Shown: positions 48,958 through 61,302, numbered from the stretch's first letter. The stretch: 64,000 nucleotides of DNA from Yuukianura sp. NJ FZ-2021 (GCA_046563655.1 CM102285.1:7068001-7132000), one strand, 5' to 3'. Notes: generated by a model not told the origin, from the sequence alone. Translations and numbers: made by a program.

Positions 48958-51231
48958 TCATTCTATGTTTGAAGTTCTATAGCTTGCAATTCCTCCAATA
49001 ATAAGTGCAAGTATCAATTGCACCAAAAATAAAACCATAATGAATTTAATAAGAACAAAAAGTGCTTGTCCCAACTTCTTACAGCATGGCGTCAGCTTCT
49101 TTGTCACAGCTTTGGCACAAGAGTGTCCGTTATTCAAGGTCAAAAAGTTTGGTTCGGCTTTAGCTTTGAGACAAACGTAGGCCATGATGCGTGTCACAAC
49201 GAGATGAACACAAAGCCAGATCCAGTTGGTCACATAGTCAGCGTCTTCCAGTCCAAACGTATAGAGAACAATGGGTGCCTGTTTGATGGGTCCAGAAGTG
49301 TCACAACGATCAAATCCATAGAGGGTCACTAGTAAGGACTCCAGGGAGAACCTGATAAACGACAAGTTAGTGATCCAATTCACGGAAGGCTTCATCTCAA
49401 TGACCTTGACAAAGAATCCAGAAAATAAGAACAGAAAGAGGAGGACAGAACTGGATAGGATAACGGAAATGCTAAACGAATCGACACAGATTGTTCCAAT
49501 GAGGAATCCCAATCCCTGGGCAATGAAGCAACTCATCCAGGTCACCATTAGGAAATGTAGAAATCTCCACCCAAAGTACCACCGATCCAATTCAATTCCA
49601 ACTTGTTCACTGTACCAATACAAAAATACAGTGTAGCCGCCGCTGAGACACAGTTGAACTGGGATTTCAATGATCGTTTTGGATATGTAGTAACTCAGAG
49701 TCGTATACCATCCGTTTCGATGTTCGTTCAAGAAAAGCTGAACAAAAGACAAAAAACTTTTTAACAGAATCATATTTCGGAAAGAAAACATGAAATAGGG
49801 TCTGACCTTGATTTCAGTTGGGATTGTCAACACCGTGGGCATGAGTGCAGCAAACATCAGAAACAACAGGCTGAAGAACTGAAACTTCACATTCTGCGTC
49901 GTGATTGGTTCCTTGCGCAACTCCTCCTCCGTTGGAACGCATGAACAGTTTTTAGGATCCAGGCCTTTAGGAACAAAACATCCTGCGACAGTACCAATTT
50001 CACGGTTGTAAAGTCCCGCCAAAACTGCCGCGACTACAATATGCAATCCAGCGCGGATCATAATCAACTTCTTTTGGCGCCAAAATGAAATGATGGCAGA
50101 TCGAAAGAAGAGAGTCAGCAGAGCTCTGAAGGTAAAGCTGGCATCATTGTTTTGACAAATTCCAGAATCAATTACATCAGCCGAACGAGCAGGTCGACCA
50201 ACGGTAATTGCCAGAACAGTTGTCGCCATTTGGAGGCAAATCCTTTGAAGTTGTCTCAAAGCCTTTTGATCGTCTGTTTCCGGATTCCGTTCGACGTCTG
50301 CAGGAAGTGGAGTTGGATTTGGCTTTCCACGTTCCACTGATGAAGCAATCTTGATCATATTATCGGCTGGATTGTCGTTTGGACCACTTTTGTAGCCATT
50401 CTGACGCAAAAACTGGGTCATGGATCTTGGTGGCCCTTTGAAGATACATTGGCCCAACTTTGATATGATGTAGGCTTGACTGAAGTGCGCCAAAATTTCG
50501 TAACTTGGTTGATGGATGGTTACAATTGTAGCCATTGAATACTTCTTAGAAAAAGTTGCAAGAAGAACAATAACCTAACCAGACCCAACAATTAGTTAAT
50601 TTATTTGGTTAAACAAAACTTCATTTCCAAAGTCAATATTTTGTCTAACCTCCAATCCAACGCAACTGTCCAATCCGCTAAGCGGTTCATCCAGCAGTAG
50701 AAACTGCGGCTTCTGTTTTGCAGTCAATTCGAGTCCAATTGCCAACCGTTTCTTTTGACCTCCGGAACAAGTCCGAGTTGCTTTATCGGCAACTTCCGTC
50801 AAGTTCAATTCCTTGATCAACTTTCGCACTACTTTCTCGTGATTTTCCGAATCTGAAAAATGCTGGTTTTTCAATTTCGAGGCGTAACGCAGTGATTCTT
50901 TAACAGTCAAGTTCGGAATTAGATGATCATCAGCATGTTGGGTCAAGTAGGAGCATCTTGCCACAGTCCCTATAGGTGGCGTTGACACAAAAATGCTCCC
51001 TTGTACTTTACCAAAGTGTTTTCCCGTTGTTAGGATGTTAAAAAACGTTGATTTTCCAGCTCCACTTGGACCCATTAGGGCAATCAGTTCTCCTGTTTGA
51101 ATTGACCCAGACAACTGATTCAGAATTGGGTCGGGTGACATCTCTTTTGGAATTCTGCAACAGCAGTAGTTGAGCAGCGTCCGCCATGTTTCTGTATCAT
51201 GGAACGTCACGCCTTGCCATGTGAGTGACAT
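48958..51231 (-). CDS. ABCG (white-like) half-transporter, 3 exons
   Basis: Walker A GPSGAGKST, signature CSGGQKKR, Walker B LLLDEPLSGLD, TIHQPS, FLNEHRNGWY, C-terminal TMD; introns ~50575-50649 and ~49739-49807. Confidence 0.92.
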
Positions 51232-52413
51232 TTTTGCAAGGTAAGGCTACGAAACCTATCCTAACTCACAAGAAATCCAAAGAAAATTTAGTAATAACTG
51301 TTTTTGACTTTAAAACTGTAAAGTGTAAAAGGATCTTCCTGGAAGGGTGTTTAGCGCGGCGTGTTTTATTAAACAATGACATGTAAAAGTTTCAAACATG
51401 CCAAAAGACACTTATTTCTTACGGTTAAGTGATAACGCCAGAAAAAAGATGAAGTCCAAAGCGTTGGGGTATGACTCAAAATCATGTAAAGTTTCTTAGA
51501 ATTGAATTACAAAAGTACCTCAAACCAATGCTCTCTTCAAAAGTAAACAATAAATACTAGTACAATTATTATACTAGTAAATATATTTCAGCATGAATTG
51601 AAACGGCGACTGATAACTGATAGCTTTAGACCAGAAATTGTTCCGAACTGTTCTAAGCAAAGGAGTCGTTTCTTTGTCTTTTTATGCTGCTGAGGATTTT
51701 ATGTTTGTTTCTTCAGCACATTAACGTTACACAAATTTGACCTCCGAAATCTTGTACTTTGGCCTTTGATTTATATATTTAGACAAATTTTTCATTATGC
51801 TTGATAAAATTTGAGCTCCATTGGCTTTGTATGCTACGTTTCGGGTACCCTAATTTTAAACCTAAACTGCTCTGAAGATGCACTTTTCCTTTTTGGTATT
51901 TCTTGACATACGAAGTTGTGGTTAGCATCTGACCTGTGACCTACACTTTGTATTGGCGGTTTGTACAACAAGAAACAATTTAAAGCAATCGAAGTTTGAA
52001 TTCTGTGTTTATCAAAAGTTTTTCGCAGAAAGTTAACTTGTTACACATTTTATTAGTTAGCCGTACTGAAGAATTGTACTTAAGATGTTTTGTCTCAATG
52101 GTGATTCATTTTTCTTATAAATGAAAAGATTAGCAGAAAATCGACTTGATGTTTCCCATGGCTGGACTGGAACACAAATTTTCACTTATTCAATGTCACA
52201 CTTTATCATATTCTAAACAATTTTTAGGTGCGTCTCGCTGAAACTTATCACACTCTGGTATATATTTAATATGATTTATTGCACTTATCATACTACTTGT
52301 GCTAATACATTATGTGCACATACCTAATACAGAGTCTGGATACACATCCACAGCTTCTATTGAGAAATTCATATACAGAGAAGATAATTGAATTGAAATA
52401 ACACTACTGATAC

Positions 52414-52669
52414 CAAGGTTGCTATTGCAACGAAATTGTTTTGCTTTAAGAGGTTTGGCAATAAGTCCAGTTTACGAAAAAAGTCGCTCCAAACAATTTT
52501 TTCCAAATTTTCGCCAAATTTTCACCCAATCCCATTTGATTGCATGTAAATCATTACCATAGAAAGGCACGGTGAACCAAGTTTTGTTAATTTTTAAACA
52601 AAATTTAAAACGCTTGAGTTATTGCCTAACCTGTTGAAGAAAAAAGTATTTTCTTGTTTACAAACCTTG
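52414..52669. mobile_element. P-element-like MITE (CAAGG...CCTTG)
   Basis: 8-bp TSD ACTGATAC; inverted homologue at 57702-57940; related copy ~56320-56555. Confidence 0.8.
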
Positions 52670-53169
52670 ACTGATACAAAAGCGAATCCTACTGAAGAAC
52701 GGACTTTACTTACGATTATTAGTAGCTTCATTTTTTTAAATGGTGTATATTATACTAGAATATTGCGTCATCTAGTTTGAATTGAGTTGAAGTAATTTTG
52801 AATTGAATTATTTGCTAAAATTATAATTTTATAATTATCGTTTCAAATATAACTCATAGAGTTCAGCAAGATTCGTATAGAAGAGTATTGTTTTTTCGTT
52901 AAAGAAAAACTATTTCTTTGATACATGGTCTTGATCATTAATTAAAACGTCGTCCATTTATGACAATTAAGAGGAAATAAACAAAACTCTATAGCAAGCC
53001 GAATTTTTTTTAAACCAATATTGACAAAAGACTACCAAAGCCGGCCAGTAACAAACTACGCTGAAGTTTCAATTTCAACTCATTCTAAACTGTGGAAAAC
53101 GTACATGTTTATTGAGTTTAGAACGTTAATTTTCAAATTTTGAAAAAAAAATTATGTTTTGAAAATGAA

Positions 53170-53985
53170 TCAATTCTTCACAAAAGCGAATACTGCCACA
53201 ACGAATAACATTGGTTTGGGACGTGGCATGAATCCATGGTTCAAAAATGATTGAGGAGTCATCACCTCTACACCGGCTTTAAGAAGCTTGTGGACCATGG
53301 CATTCTTTAGATCGTTGTTAAATGATCCCGTTGCACCCTCGAGAACAACAACTTTGTAGCCTTTCTTGATACCGTCAAGGGCTGTATTGCCGACGCAGAA
53401 TTCCCAAGCCAAACCCACAACAACGATTTCCATAATATCAGAGTCCTTCAGAACCTGTTCCAATTTCGTTTGATACCCCTCAGCTTCATTGCCAAAGCCA
53501 GAGTAACTTTCTACGTCTTTGTCTGTCCCCTTCAAAACCATGATGTCCGTTGGAAGCACTGTAAGCCCGGCATGGAGAGCTGCACCACTCGAGTTCTGGA
53601 GGCAGTGGACCGGCCAGAGACGCTGGGTGCGTTGACCCCTGCCATCGCCAAGGTCAAAGGTGAAGTCCTGGAAGAGTTTTGCTTGGGGGTACTTCACTTT
53701 GTCAGAGAATCTTTCGTAGAAGGAGATGTGACCTCCGGGATGCCAGTCCATGGTGAAGATAACCTTGGCAAACGTCATTTGAGACCGAAGGTCATTGATG
53801 ATAGGGATTACTTTGTTGGCGTCTGGAACGGCAAGGCTTCCCCCTTCACAGAAATCGTTTTGTACGTCGACTATGACCAAGGCGGCTTTAGTTGACTTCG
53901 GAGCTACAGAATTCCTTTCACAGTTAATGTTTTCAATCCACGCCAATGACAGAAACAGTAGAAAACTGAATTTTAACAATTCCAT
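53170..53985 (-). CDS. pncA: Nicotinamidase/pyrazinamidase (isochorismatase fold), intronless, with signal peptide and hydrophobic C-terminus, 271 aa
   Basis: ALVIVDVQNDFCEGGSLAV, DWHP..HISF, LWPVHC, KG......SYSGF, GLAWEFCV: D-K-C catalytic triad and D/H/H metal ligands. Confidence 0.92.
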   Translation of the reverse strand: MELLKFSFLLFLSLAWIENINCERNSVAPKSTKAALVIVDVQNDFCEGGSLAVPDANKVIPIINDLRSQMTFAKVIFTMDWHPGGHISFYERFSDKVKYPQAKLFQDFTFDLGDGRGQRTQRLWPVHCLQNSSGAALHAGLTVLPTDIMVLKGTDKDVESYSGFGNEAEGYQTKLEQVLKDSDIMEIVVVGLAWEFCVGNTALDGIKKGYKVVVLEGATGSFNNDLKNAMVHKLLKAGVEVMTPQSFLNHGFMPRPKPMLFVVAVFAFVKN

Positions 53986-55568
53986 TGTTATGAAGTAGCG
54001 AAAGTATCCGCCACTTTATTTTCCTTTCTAAGAATATATTTCGAAACAATGAAAAGCCACAGCGCCGCTTCTGATGTTTCTTGGAACAGATGTAATGCCA
54101 GGAGCAAAATAGAAACTTAAACAAATTTTCACCCAAAATTACTGACCGATAAGAAATCTGCGCAGTTTTCTACACATAAACACTCTCAAATTTTGGCAGA
54201 TTGAATCCAGACCTTGTTTACATTTTAACTCTCAAACTACACTAACAACCGTGGAAATATACCTCTGAGAAGGTAGCATGCATCAAGCACTTCTAAAAAA
54301 AAACTTTTCCGACAAGTTAGAATTGAGTTTTCTGAAAAAGAAAAGAGAATGATGGGCGGTGGTTCAGTTACACCTTTAACAGTAACAACTACTATTGAAA
54401 TTCATTCAAGCTACCACAATGTGTGATTTTCATTTCCTTTCTTTAATCTACCGAAAAATAAAGCCAAAATTGGTAAAATTCAACTGTCGTTGAATGGAGA
54501 GACACAAAAGGTGGTTGACGAGACGTCGTCATGCCCTGTAAATGAACAGTATCGATTATAAGTATAATTATTATTTCACAATTTTTTTAAAGGAAAACGT
54601 TACTCAATTCCTCCTCAATGTCATATCACGAGTTATCAGTTTTCTGCATATGCTTACTGCATATGTTTTAGTTGTCTCCTTTTTGTTACTTGGTGTACAT
54701 TGTATGGCATCCGAGATTTTTCTCGCTTTTTATAGATTTTTATAACATTTTGTTTTTTTCCTCGTGTCCACTCTAAGCTTTTCCATTCCGCATGTGCGTG
54801 AGTTGCTCTCATAAGAAATGAATGACAAAAATTTTGCCATGTTACGGCGATCACTTAAATTCCACCATTTATAGTTATAAAAGAATTGTATTTTGAATAT
54901 CGATAGATTATTATCATGAAGTCTTCACGTTGACGAAATCTGTGGAAGTGATGGGAGTTGCGCAGTAGTTAGGCATGACGCAACAGCTCCCTTAAGCGTT
55001 TGTCAATAGCATCCACAACTTATCATAAAAATTCCACTGGCTCTCGGCTCAGAGCCGAGAGCTTTGGTTTAGCGAATGTCCATTAATTTGACCTTATGCC
55101 TCTTACATTGGAAACGGAATTGTACTCAAGGACGGAGAAAATAATAGGCGAGCTCCGGATGACAGTCCCAAATGTAACTGTTGTGGCATTACGCTACTCT
55201 CCTCATGGATAGAGTACTTTACGAAACTTGGAAAGTATATGGTGACATACATTATTTTACCGCATTATAACATCACATTTAAGTTAAATGCTGAGAAGTA
55301 ATGTCACATGTGTCACTATTTAGCCACTAACGGTTGCCAAATTTTCCCGAAAGAATGAGCTATAATTTTTACATAATGTAACACCTCAAGGTGACATTTG
55401 CGCTGTGTATTGCGGTTAACATATTTGGATCCGGGAAGGTGGTAACAAGTGCACACCATGTCACTTATGTTGACCTCTAAATAACTCCTTAAAAAGCGGG
55501 GGGAAATAATTCAGTTTCTAGTTATAAATTGAAACGATTTGTCGGGGAGAAAATTGACTTTAGAAAAC

Positions 55569-56066
55569 ATGGCGCTCCAACTCATTCTCGTTTTCCTTGC
55601 CGTACAAACTGCTTTGGGAGCTGTATCTAATTCAACCGTACATTGGTCACGAATCGACAAATCATCCAATGTTACGCGATCCTCAGTAGTTGGTTCTACT
55701 GTTCAAGAATCCAACCTTGAAGATTCTACCTTCAGGTTTGCATCGGTGAAGAAGTCCAATGTGAAGAACAACAGCACTGTGGTTAGTTCCGCAGTAACTG
55801 ATGGGTCCGAGATCGAAGGATCCAAGCTCTGGATTGCTTCGGTCAAAAACTCCACCGTTGGCTCCAACTCTACTTTGCATGCTTCGTCGGCTCAGAATTC
55901 CGCGGTTTCCGCGTCTGTAATTCGTAGTTCCAGGCTTCAAAATTCCCAGGTTTCCGGATCTGAAATTCAGCGTTCCAGGATTCAGAATTCAACAGTAACG
56001 GATTCCAAAATCACCCGCTGTACCATCCGCGATCGCATCGTGACTAACGAAACTTTGTCTTGCTAA
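55569..56066 (+). CDS. Secreted Ser/Val-rich pentapeptide-repeat protein, 165 aa
   Basis: Signal peptide MALQLILVFLAVQTALG, then over 25 S-x-[VIL]-x-x type units; AATAAA at ~56139. Confidence 0.8.
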   Translation: MALQLILVFLAVQTALGAVSNSTVHWSRIDKSSNVTRSSVVGSTVQESNLEDSTFRFASVKKSNVKNNSTVVSSAVTDGSEIEGSKLWIASVKNSTVGSNSTLHASSAQNSAVSASVIRSSRLQNSQVSGSEIQRSRIQNSTVTDSKITRCTIRDRIVTNETLSC

Positions 56067-56593
56067 AACGTAAACACAAAGCATTGGAACGAATTGGTTA
56101 TTTTCAAAATTCAAAATTTCTCCAAGTAATTTATTGGCAATAAATAATTGAGAAAACGCAGCAACTCTAGAAAAGGAGAGATTGAATCTAAATCATTAAA
56201 GTGACTAGTATACCTTCTTTTTTTATTAGATCAGAAGCTTTTTAGAGTACCTATTTTGATAGAGAAACTGCATGGTCAGTAAATGTACTGGACTCGTCCT
56301 AGTTTGGATGGCAGCACGCCAAGGTTGCTATAGCAACCATTTGTACAAATGGCGTAAGAGGTTATGTCATAACTCCGATTTAAAAAAAACAAGAAAAAAC
56401 AACTTTGGTACGAATTTCATACGAATCCCATTTGATTCCAATGGCGAGAGGTCAACGAATCGCAGAAAAAATTCAAAACAAACAATTTCTTTGAAACCGT
56501 AGTTACGGCAAAACCTCTTAGCGCATTTGTAGAAATGGGCGCTATAGAAACCTTGGGAGCACGCAATAGTTTCACATGAATAACTGTTTTGAA

Positions 56594-57298
56594 GGTTCCA
56601 TGCCATTAGATCAAAAAAATTAGGTAAGCAGAATTGACATCAGCAGAAAATACGTAAGACGAAATTAGGTAAGCAATGCATTTAGGTAAGCAATAGATTT
56701 AGGTAAGCAGAAAATAGGTAAGTGGAAATTAGGTAAGCGGCATAATTAGGTAAGCATAAATTACATAAGCCCTAAAAGTAAAATTGAAAAAAATTATTGT
56801 TTATTTAGTTCGAAAATTTCGAATGCTAGATAAAATAACACAACCTTGAAGAGGAACCCTCGAGACGGAATCAGTATTGTGGACTTTAAAAAAACCGAAC
56901 ACCGCGCCTTCGGCGCGGAAAACCACAAAATTAATCTAACATAACGATCAAACTCTAACCAAACACACGGAGACACCCTCGGCAAAATTTTATGGAATAG
57001 ATTTTTAACTACCGGTCAGTTTTTTTTTGCTATCAGGGTCCATACACATTTTGCACAAAAAAATTTCAGAATTTTCAAAAATAGTGCACGAAATCAAAGT
57101 TTTGTTTTTGGGACTTATGTAATTCCCTGCTTACCTAATTATGCCGCTTAGCTAATTTCCACTTACCTATTTTCTGCTTACCTAAATCTATTGCTTACCT
57201 AAATGGCTAAATGCATTGCTTACCTAATTTCGTCTTACGTATTTTCTGCTGATGTCAATTCTGCTTACCTAATTTTTTTGATCTAATGGCCTGCTACG
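56594..57298 (-). mobile_element. Foldback-like element with GGTTCC...CCTGCTACG ends
   Basis: 8-bp TSD GTTTTGAA (56586-56593, 57299-57306); ~170-bp subterminal inverted arms built of TTAGGTAAGC repeats. Confidence 0.85.
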
Positions 57299-57701
57299 GT
57301 TTTGAAGCACTTTTTTTTGAAGGATTTCTTTCGATTCGAATTGCTTCGAAATTTAAATTGTTTCAACAAAATTGTTTCGAAACACAACCTCATGCCTTTA
57401 GAAACAAGCCTTTTCAAAACAACTCAGCTTTTTAAACAATTCTTTTTGATAGAATTTTGTTCGAAGCAATCAACATTTTGAAACATTGCTTTTCGAAACA
57501 ATTATGTGTGAAACAATTTACCTTTCGAAGCAATTCGATTTGAAACAATTCGTCGAAACAAAGTGCTTCGACAAAATTAATTTCAAACATTGGCATGAAA
57601 CCGTTGGAAAGGAAAAACATGAGTACAGATTTATGTGACACGATGGCCGTATGAGACGGCATTAAAAATAAATGTTGAAATGTTGAAATAATTGTTCTCC
57701 C

Positions 57702-57940
57702 CAAGGTTTGTAAACAAGAAAATAGTTTTTTCTTCAACAGGTTAGGCAATAACTCAAGCGTTTTAAATTTTGTTTAAAAATTAGCAAAACTTGGTTCACC
57801 GTGCCTTCCTATGGTAATGATTTATATGCAATCAAATGGGATTGGGTGAAACTTGGGTGAATAAAAGTTTGGAACGAGATTTTTGGAAAACACGACTTAT
57901 TGCTTAACCTTATGAAGCAACCGTTGCTATAGAAACCTTG
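57702..57940. mobile_element. P-element-like MITE (CAAGG...CCTTG)
   Basis: 8-bp TSD GTTCTCCC; inverted homologue of 52414-52669. Confidence 0.8.
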
Positions 57941-59174
57941 GTTCTCCCTCAGTTCAGCACATTTTGGTGCGGCAACCTTACACAAATTTTTTGGACAAAA
58001 ACAAAATTCCCGCGTCATCAAACTTTTATCGTATATTTGGGAGTTTGCGTTATAAATAAATTGTAGAACAGATAGAAACTATAGAATTTATGACGTCACT
58101 TTTCAAACTTTTAGGATTTACCAAAATAAACACATGACATTAAGTTCCATAAAGAGGGGGTGGAATGGGGCGGGACTTACCAAATTCTATAATTTCTATA
58201 AATTCTGTAAATGATTTGCAACCCAAGTCTCTTCCATTATATGATTAGAATCCTAGGTTAGGTAAGCATCACAATTCCGAGAATTAGATTCTTGTTGCCA
58301 TACCACGTTGTGAATTCACGGACATTAATAAGAATTATGTTCTAATTTGTCTTCGATTGATCCAAACGTAGTGCAAAGTGGCTAAAACTGATTGCGATTT
58401 TTTTTTTACATTTCTCCATACTGGTATTCTGCCTGTGGTTTGTGCGATTGCACATACTCATGGTAAGATTTCGCGTCATGTTCTTCTACGATTTTTTGGC
58501 TCGGCAAGATATTGTCGTCATTCCAAAAAGTACAAACGCCAAACGAATCGTTGTAAACGCCCATGTAATCGGCTTTTAGCAGTATTTTTCTAATATTTTT
58601 AAACTTCTTTTAAATTTTCAACATGACCTTTTTGTAAAATCATACTGTATGAACAATGTATTTTTACTGTTTGTTTTACTACAATTTCGTTTGTCGATTT
58701 TTCATTTCAATCTAACAACGGATATGAAATGGAAAAACGTTAAGCCTTGGACCGTGGTGCTGCTGGACGTAAAATAAGTTTCACTGCATTTAAAAGGTAA
58801 ACGTTCATTACTTATTGGGCGTTAACATGTCTTGTGTCATCTCTTTTTTTTCATTAGCCGCGAAGACCATCAGGAGATGCTATACAAAAAATAAGTGATC
58901 GGAATTAAGGGGGGATGGGAGCCAGCGTTTGTTTACGATATGCTGTCAGGCATTGCCATCAGTAATAAAGCAGAATCACTGCTCAAACTTGCAAAAGTCG
59001 GCACTGTTTCCAATGGTTGACTAATCAAAGTTTTTCGCAGTATAGCAATTCAAACAACTCGGTACTCAACAATCAACTTGTATCCATGGAGACGGCTGAT
59101 TTCAGTGCCGACATTTGCGAATTGCTAAATAATGTCAGAATTACATCTATTTTCTCTAATAAGTGTCTTACTAT

Positions 59175-59717
59175 TGTGACGTTCAGGGGTCACATGGCTT
59201 GAGAGACAGAACGAGAGTGTAGAAAAAATAAGTGACCGAGTGGGATTCGAACCCACGTCTTTCTCCAATCCGGGGAGACTGCACTGCCCTTATGCTATCA
59301 GGCCACATTCTACAAACCTCTCGAAGGGTGGAGCAATTGGAAGGCAGCTATCCCAGCTATCTCTTCCATGCAATCCTCATCCAGTGGCGAGTGGGAATGG
59401 GTTTCTTCCCAAACGCCACACCACCCGCCCCTCAAGCCCCCTATTGCTGTATCCCGGCGTTGGGCGCCATATGTGACGTTCAGGGGTGACATGGCTTGAG
59501 AGACAGAACGAGAGTGTAGAAAAAATAAGTGACCGAGTGGGATTCGAACCCACGTCTTTCTCCAATCCGGGGAGACTGCACTGCCCTTATGCTATCAGGC
59601 CACATTCTACAAACCTCTCGAAGGATGGAGCAATTGGAAGGCAGCTATCCCAGCTATCTCTTCCATGCAATCCTCATCCAGTGGCGAGTGGGAATGGGTT
59701 TCTTCCCAAACGCCACA
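59175..59717 (-). mobile_element. TRIM (miniature LTR retrotransposon) with a tRNA-like sequence in each LTR
   Basis: 246-bp TGT...ACA repeats (59175-59420, 59472-59717); 51-bp interior with PBS TGGCGCCCAACGCCGGGA and purine tract GAGGGGCGGGTGG on the minus strand; 4-bp TSD CTAT. Confidence 0.88.
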
Positions 59718-59783
59718 CTATAATACCTAAAAATGCGTTTGAGGTGTCTAAAAATCCGGAAGACCATGGCAGACAATGATCAG

Positions 59784-59980
59784 CAGGGTTGCAAAAAATA
59801 TTTACTTCCCATGACTGTAATGTTAACAAAATCAATATTTCGAGCATTTTTGTTACGAAATATTTATTTATTTCCCCATGCCCGTAATGTTAAGCTAGTA
59901 AATATTTCCAGCTTTTTCAGTAAATATTGCATTTATTTAAATATTTGGCTGGTTTTTAGTAAATATTTTTTGCAACCCTG
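59784..59980. mobile_element. hAT-like MITE
   Basis: TIR CAGGGTTGCAAAAAATATTT; 8-bp TSD ATGATCAG. Confidence 0.88.
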
Positions 59981-61002
59981 ATGATCAGGGACCAATTTCC
60001 AAAATTTTGGTGTCATACAATACTTAGACAAAATTGGACTTTGTATCGTATTTTTAGCATCGTTTAGTAGAAAAATATCAAATTCTAACCCATGATAATT
60101 CTTCCTCGTGTATCAACGAATTTTCAGAGGTATTGTACAAATTTCTACGTCATTCCTGTGAGGACTTATAGGGCCTGGAAGTTAACCAATTTGAGCTGAA
60201 ACGAGACCCCCCGTTGCTAAGGGATATGGGTCCTTAATCGTCTCTTCTGGACACTTAACTTTTTCCTACAAAGCGTTCAAAGCGTTGCACTCCATCCAAC
60301 ACGGAATTGATTACGAAAATCGTATTCTACCCAAACTTTGCCTGCAATGAAGTATCTCAAGAATAAAACAAATCTATATTGAAACTCAGATCCATGGTTA
60401 TAACTCAATTATTAATTAGTACTAAATAACTTCGTCAGCCTTTCTGTCTCAGAAAGCCCTTCCATTCCATCTGTACCACTAAAAAAGGCGCAGGATGATA
60501 AAACGGTATTCCCAGTAATAAACGCAGCGGAAATGCGGGAAATGCTACTGCAACATGAGCCTAAGTTCACATGTGTGAAGTTGCATGGCTGAAAATGTTG
60601 TTCAAGGTTTCACTTGCAACGATGAACACGAGCAGTGGAGTTGTCGGATGAGCCATTCCAATTCCAACGTTGGGTTGCCTTGTAGCAAACATTGTGCATT
60701 GTGTACCAAGCCTCTCCATCGCCTAATGAGAATTTTCCATTATGTTACTTGAGAAATTGCATTTACACGTAGCCTAGGAGCAACAATTCGTATGCATCGT
60801 GAAACATTAATGTCGGCATGGATCTAGCAAAAAAAATCTCAGCCGATTTCGGAAAAGACAAACGCTAGCTGACATTTTTGTTTTATTAAATATTTGGTAC
60901 ATCCCTTGCTCGAGAAAATAAAGTATGTTTAATGTTGCTAGAATAATGTAAAAAATTGAAATATATATACTTTGGAATAAGTTTTGCTCTGAATCTGATT
61001 CA

Positions 61003-61302
61003 TACGGCTCCAGATCCGAAGCGTATGCACTTCCCAACTGAAGGACAGGGATTTGACTTGGAGCAGTTGACATTTTTGACAACACTGCAAGCATAGCCTC
61101 TTGGGCAATATGTCCTCTCACATGGATCAGGTGACCTTCCAGCTTTGTCAAGTTCAAAATAAGTCTTGAAATTTTTGTCGTCAAACAAGTTTTGTTTATT
61201 TAATTTAATGTATTATCAGCGTTGTTACCTGTTAAAATTACCGGTAAATCGCTGCTCAAAAGTAGAAGTAGACATTGTACCAATAAGATGATACACCTCA
61301 TT
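61003..61302 (-). CDS. Possible small secreted cysteine-rich peptide gene (exon structure uncertain)
   Basis: Hydrophobic leader MRCIILLVQCLLLLLSS and a downstream segment DPCERTYCPRGYACSVVKNVNCSKSNPCPSVGKC in another frame; needs an intron to join. Confidence 0.4.

Noticed and set aside
59234..59303. Functional tRNA genes (also ~59531-59600)
   Set aside because: Acceptor stem and anticodon loop are imperfect and both copies lie inside TRIM LTRs; treated as tRNA-derived.
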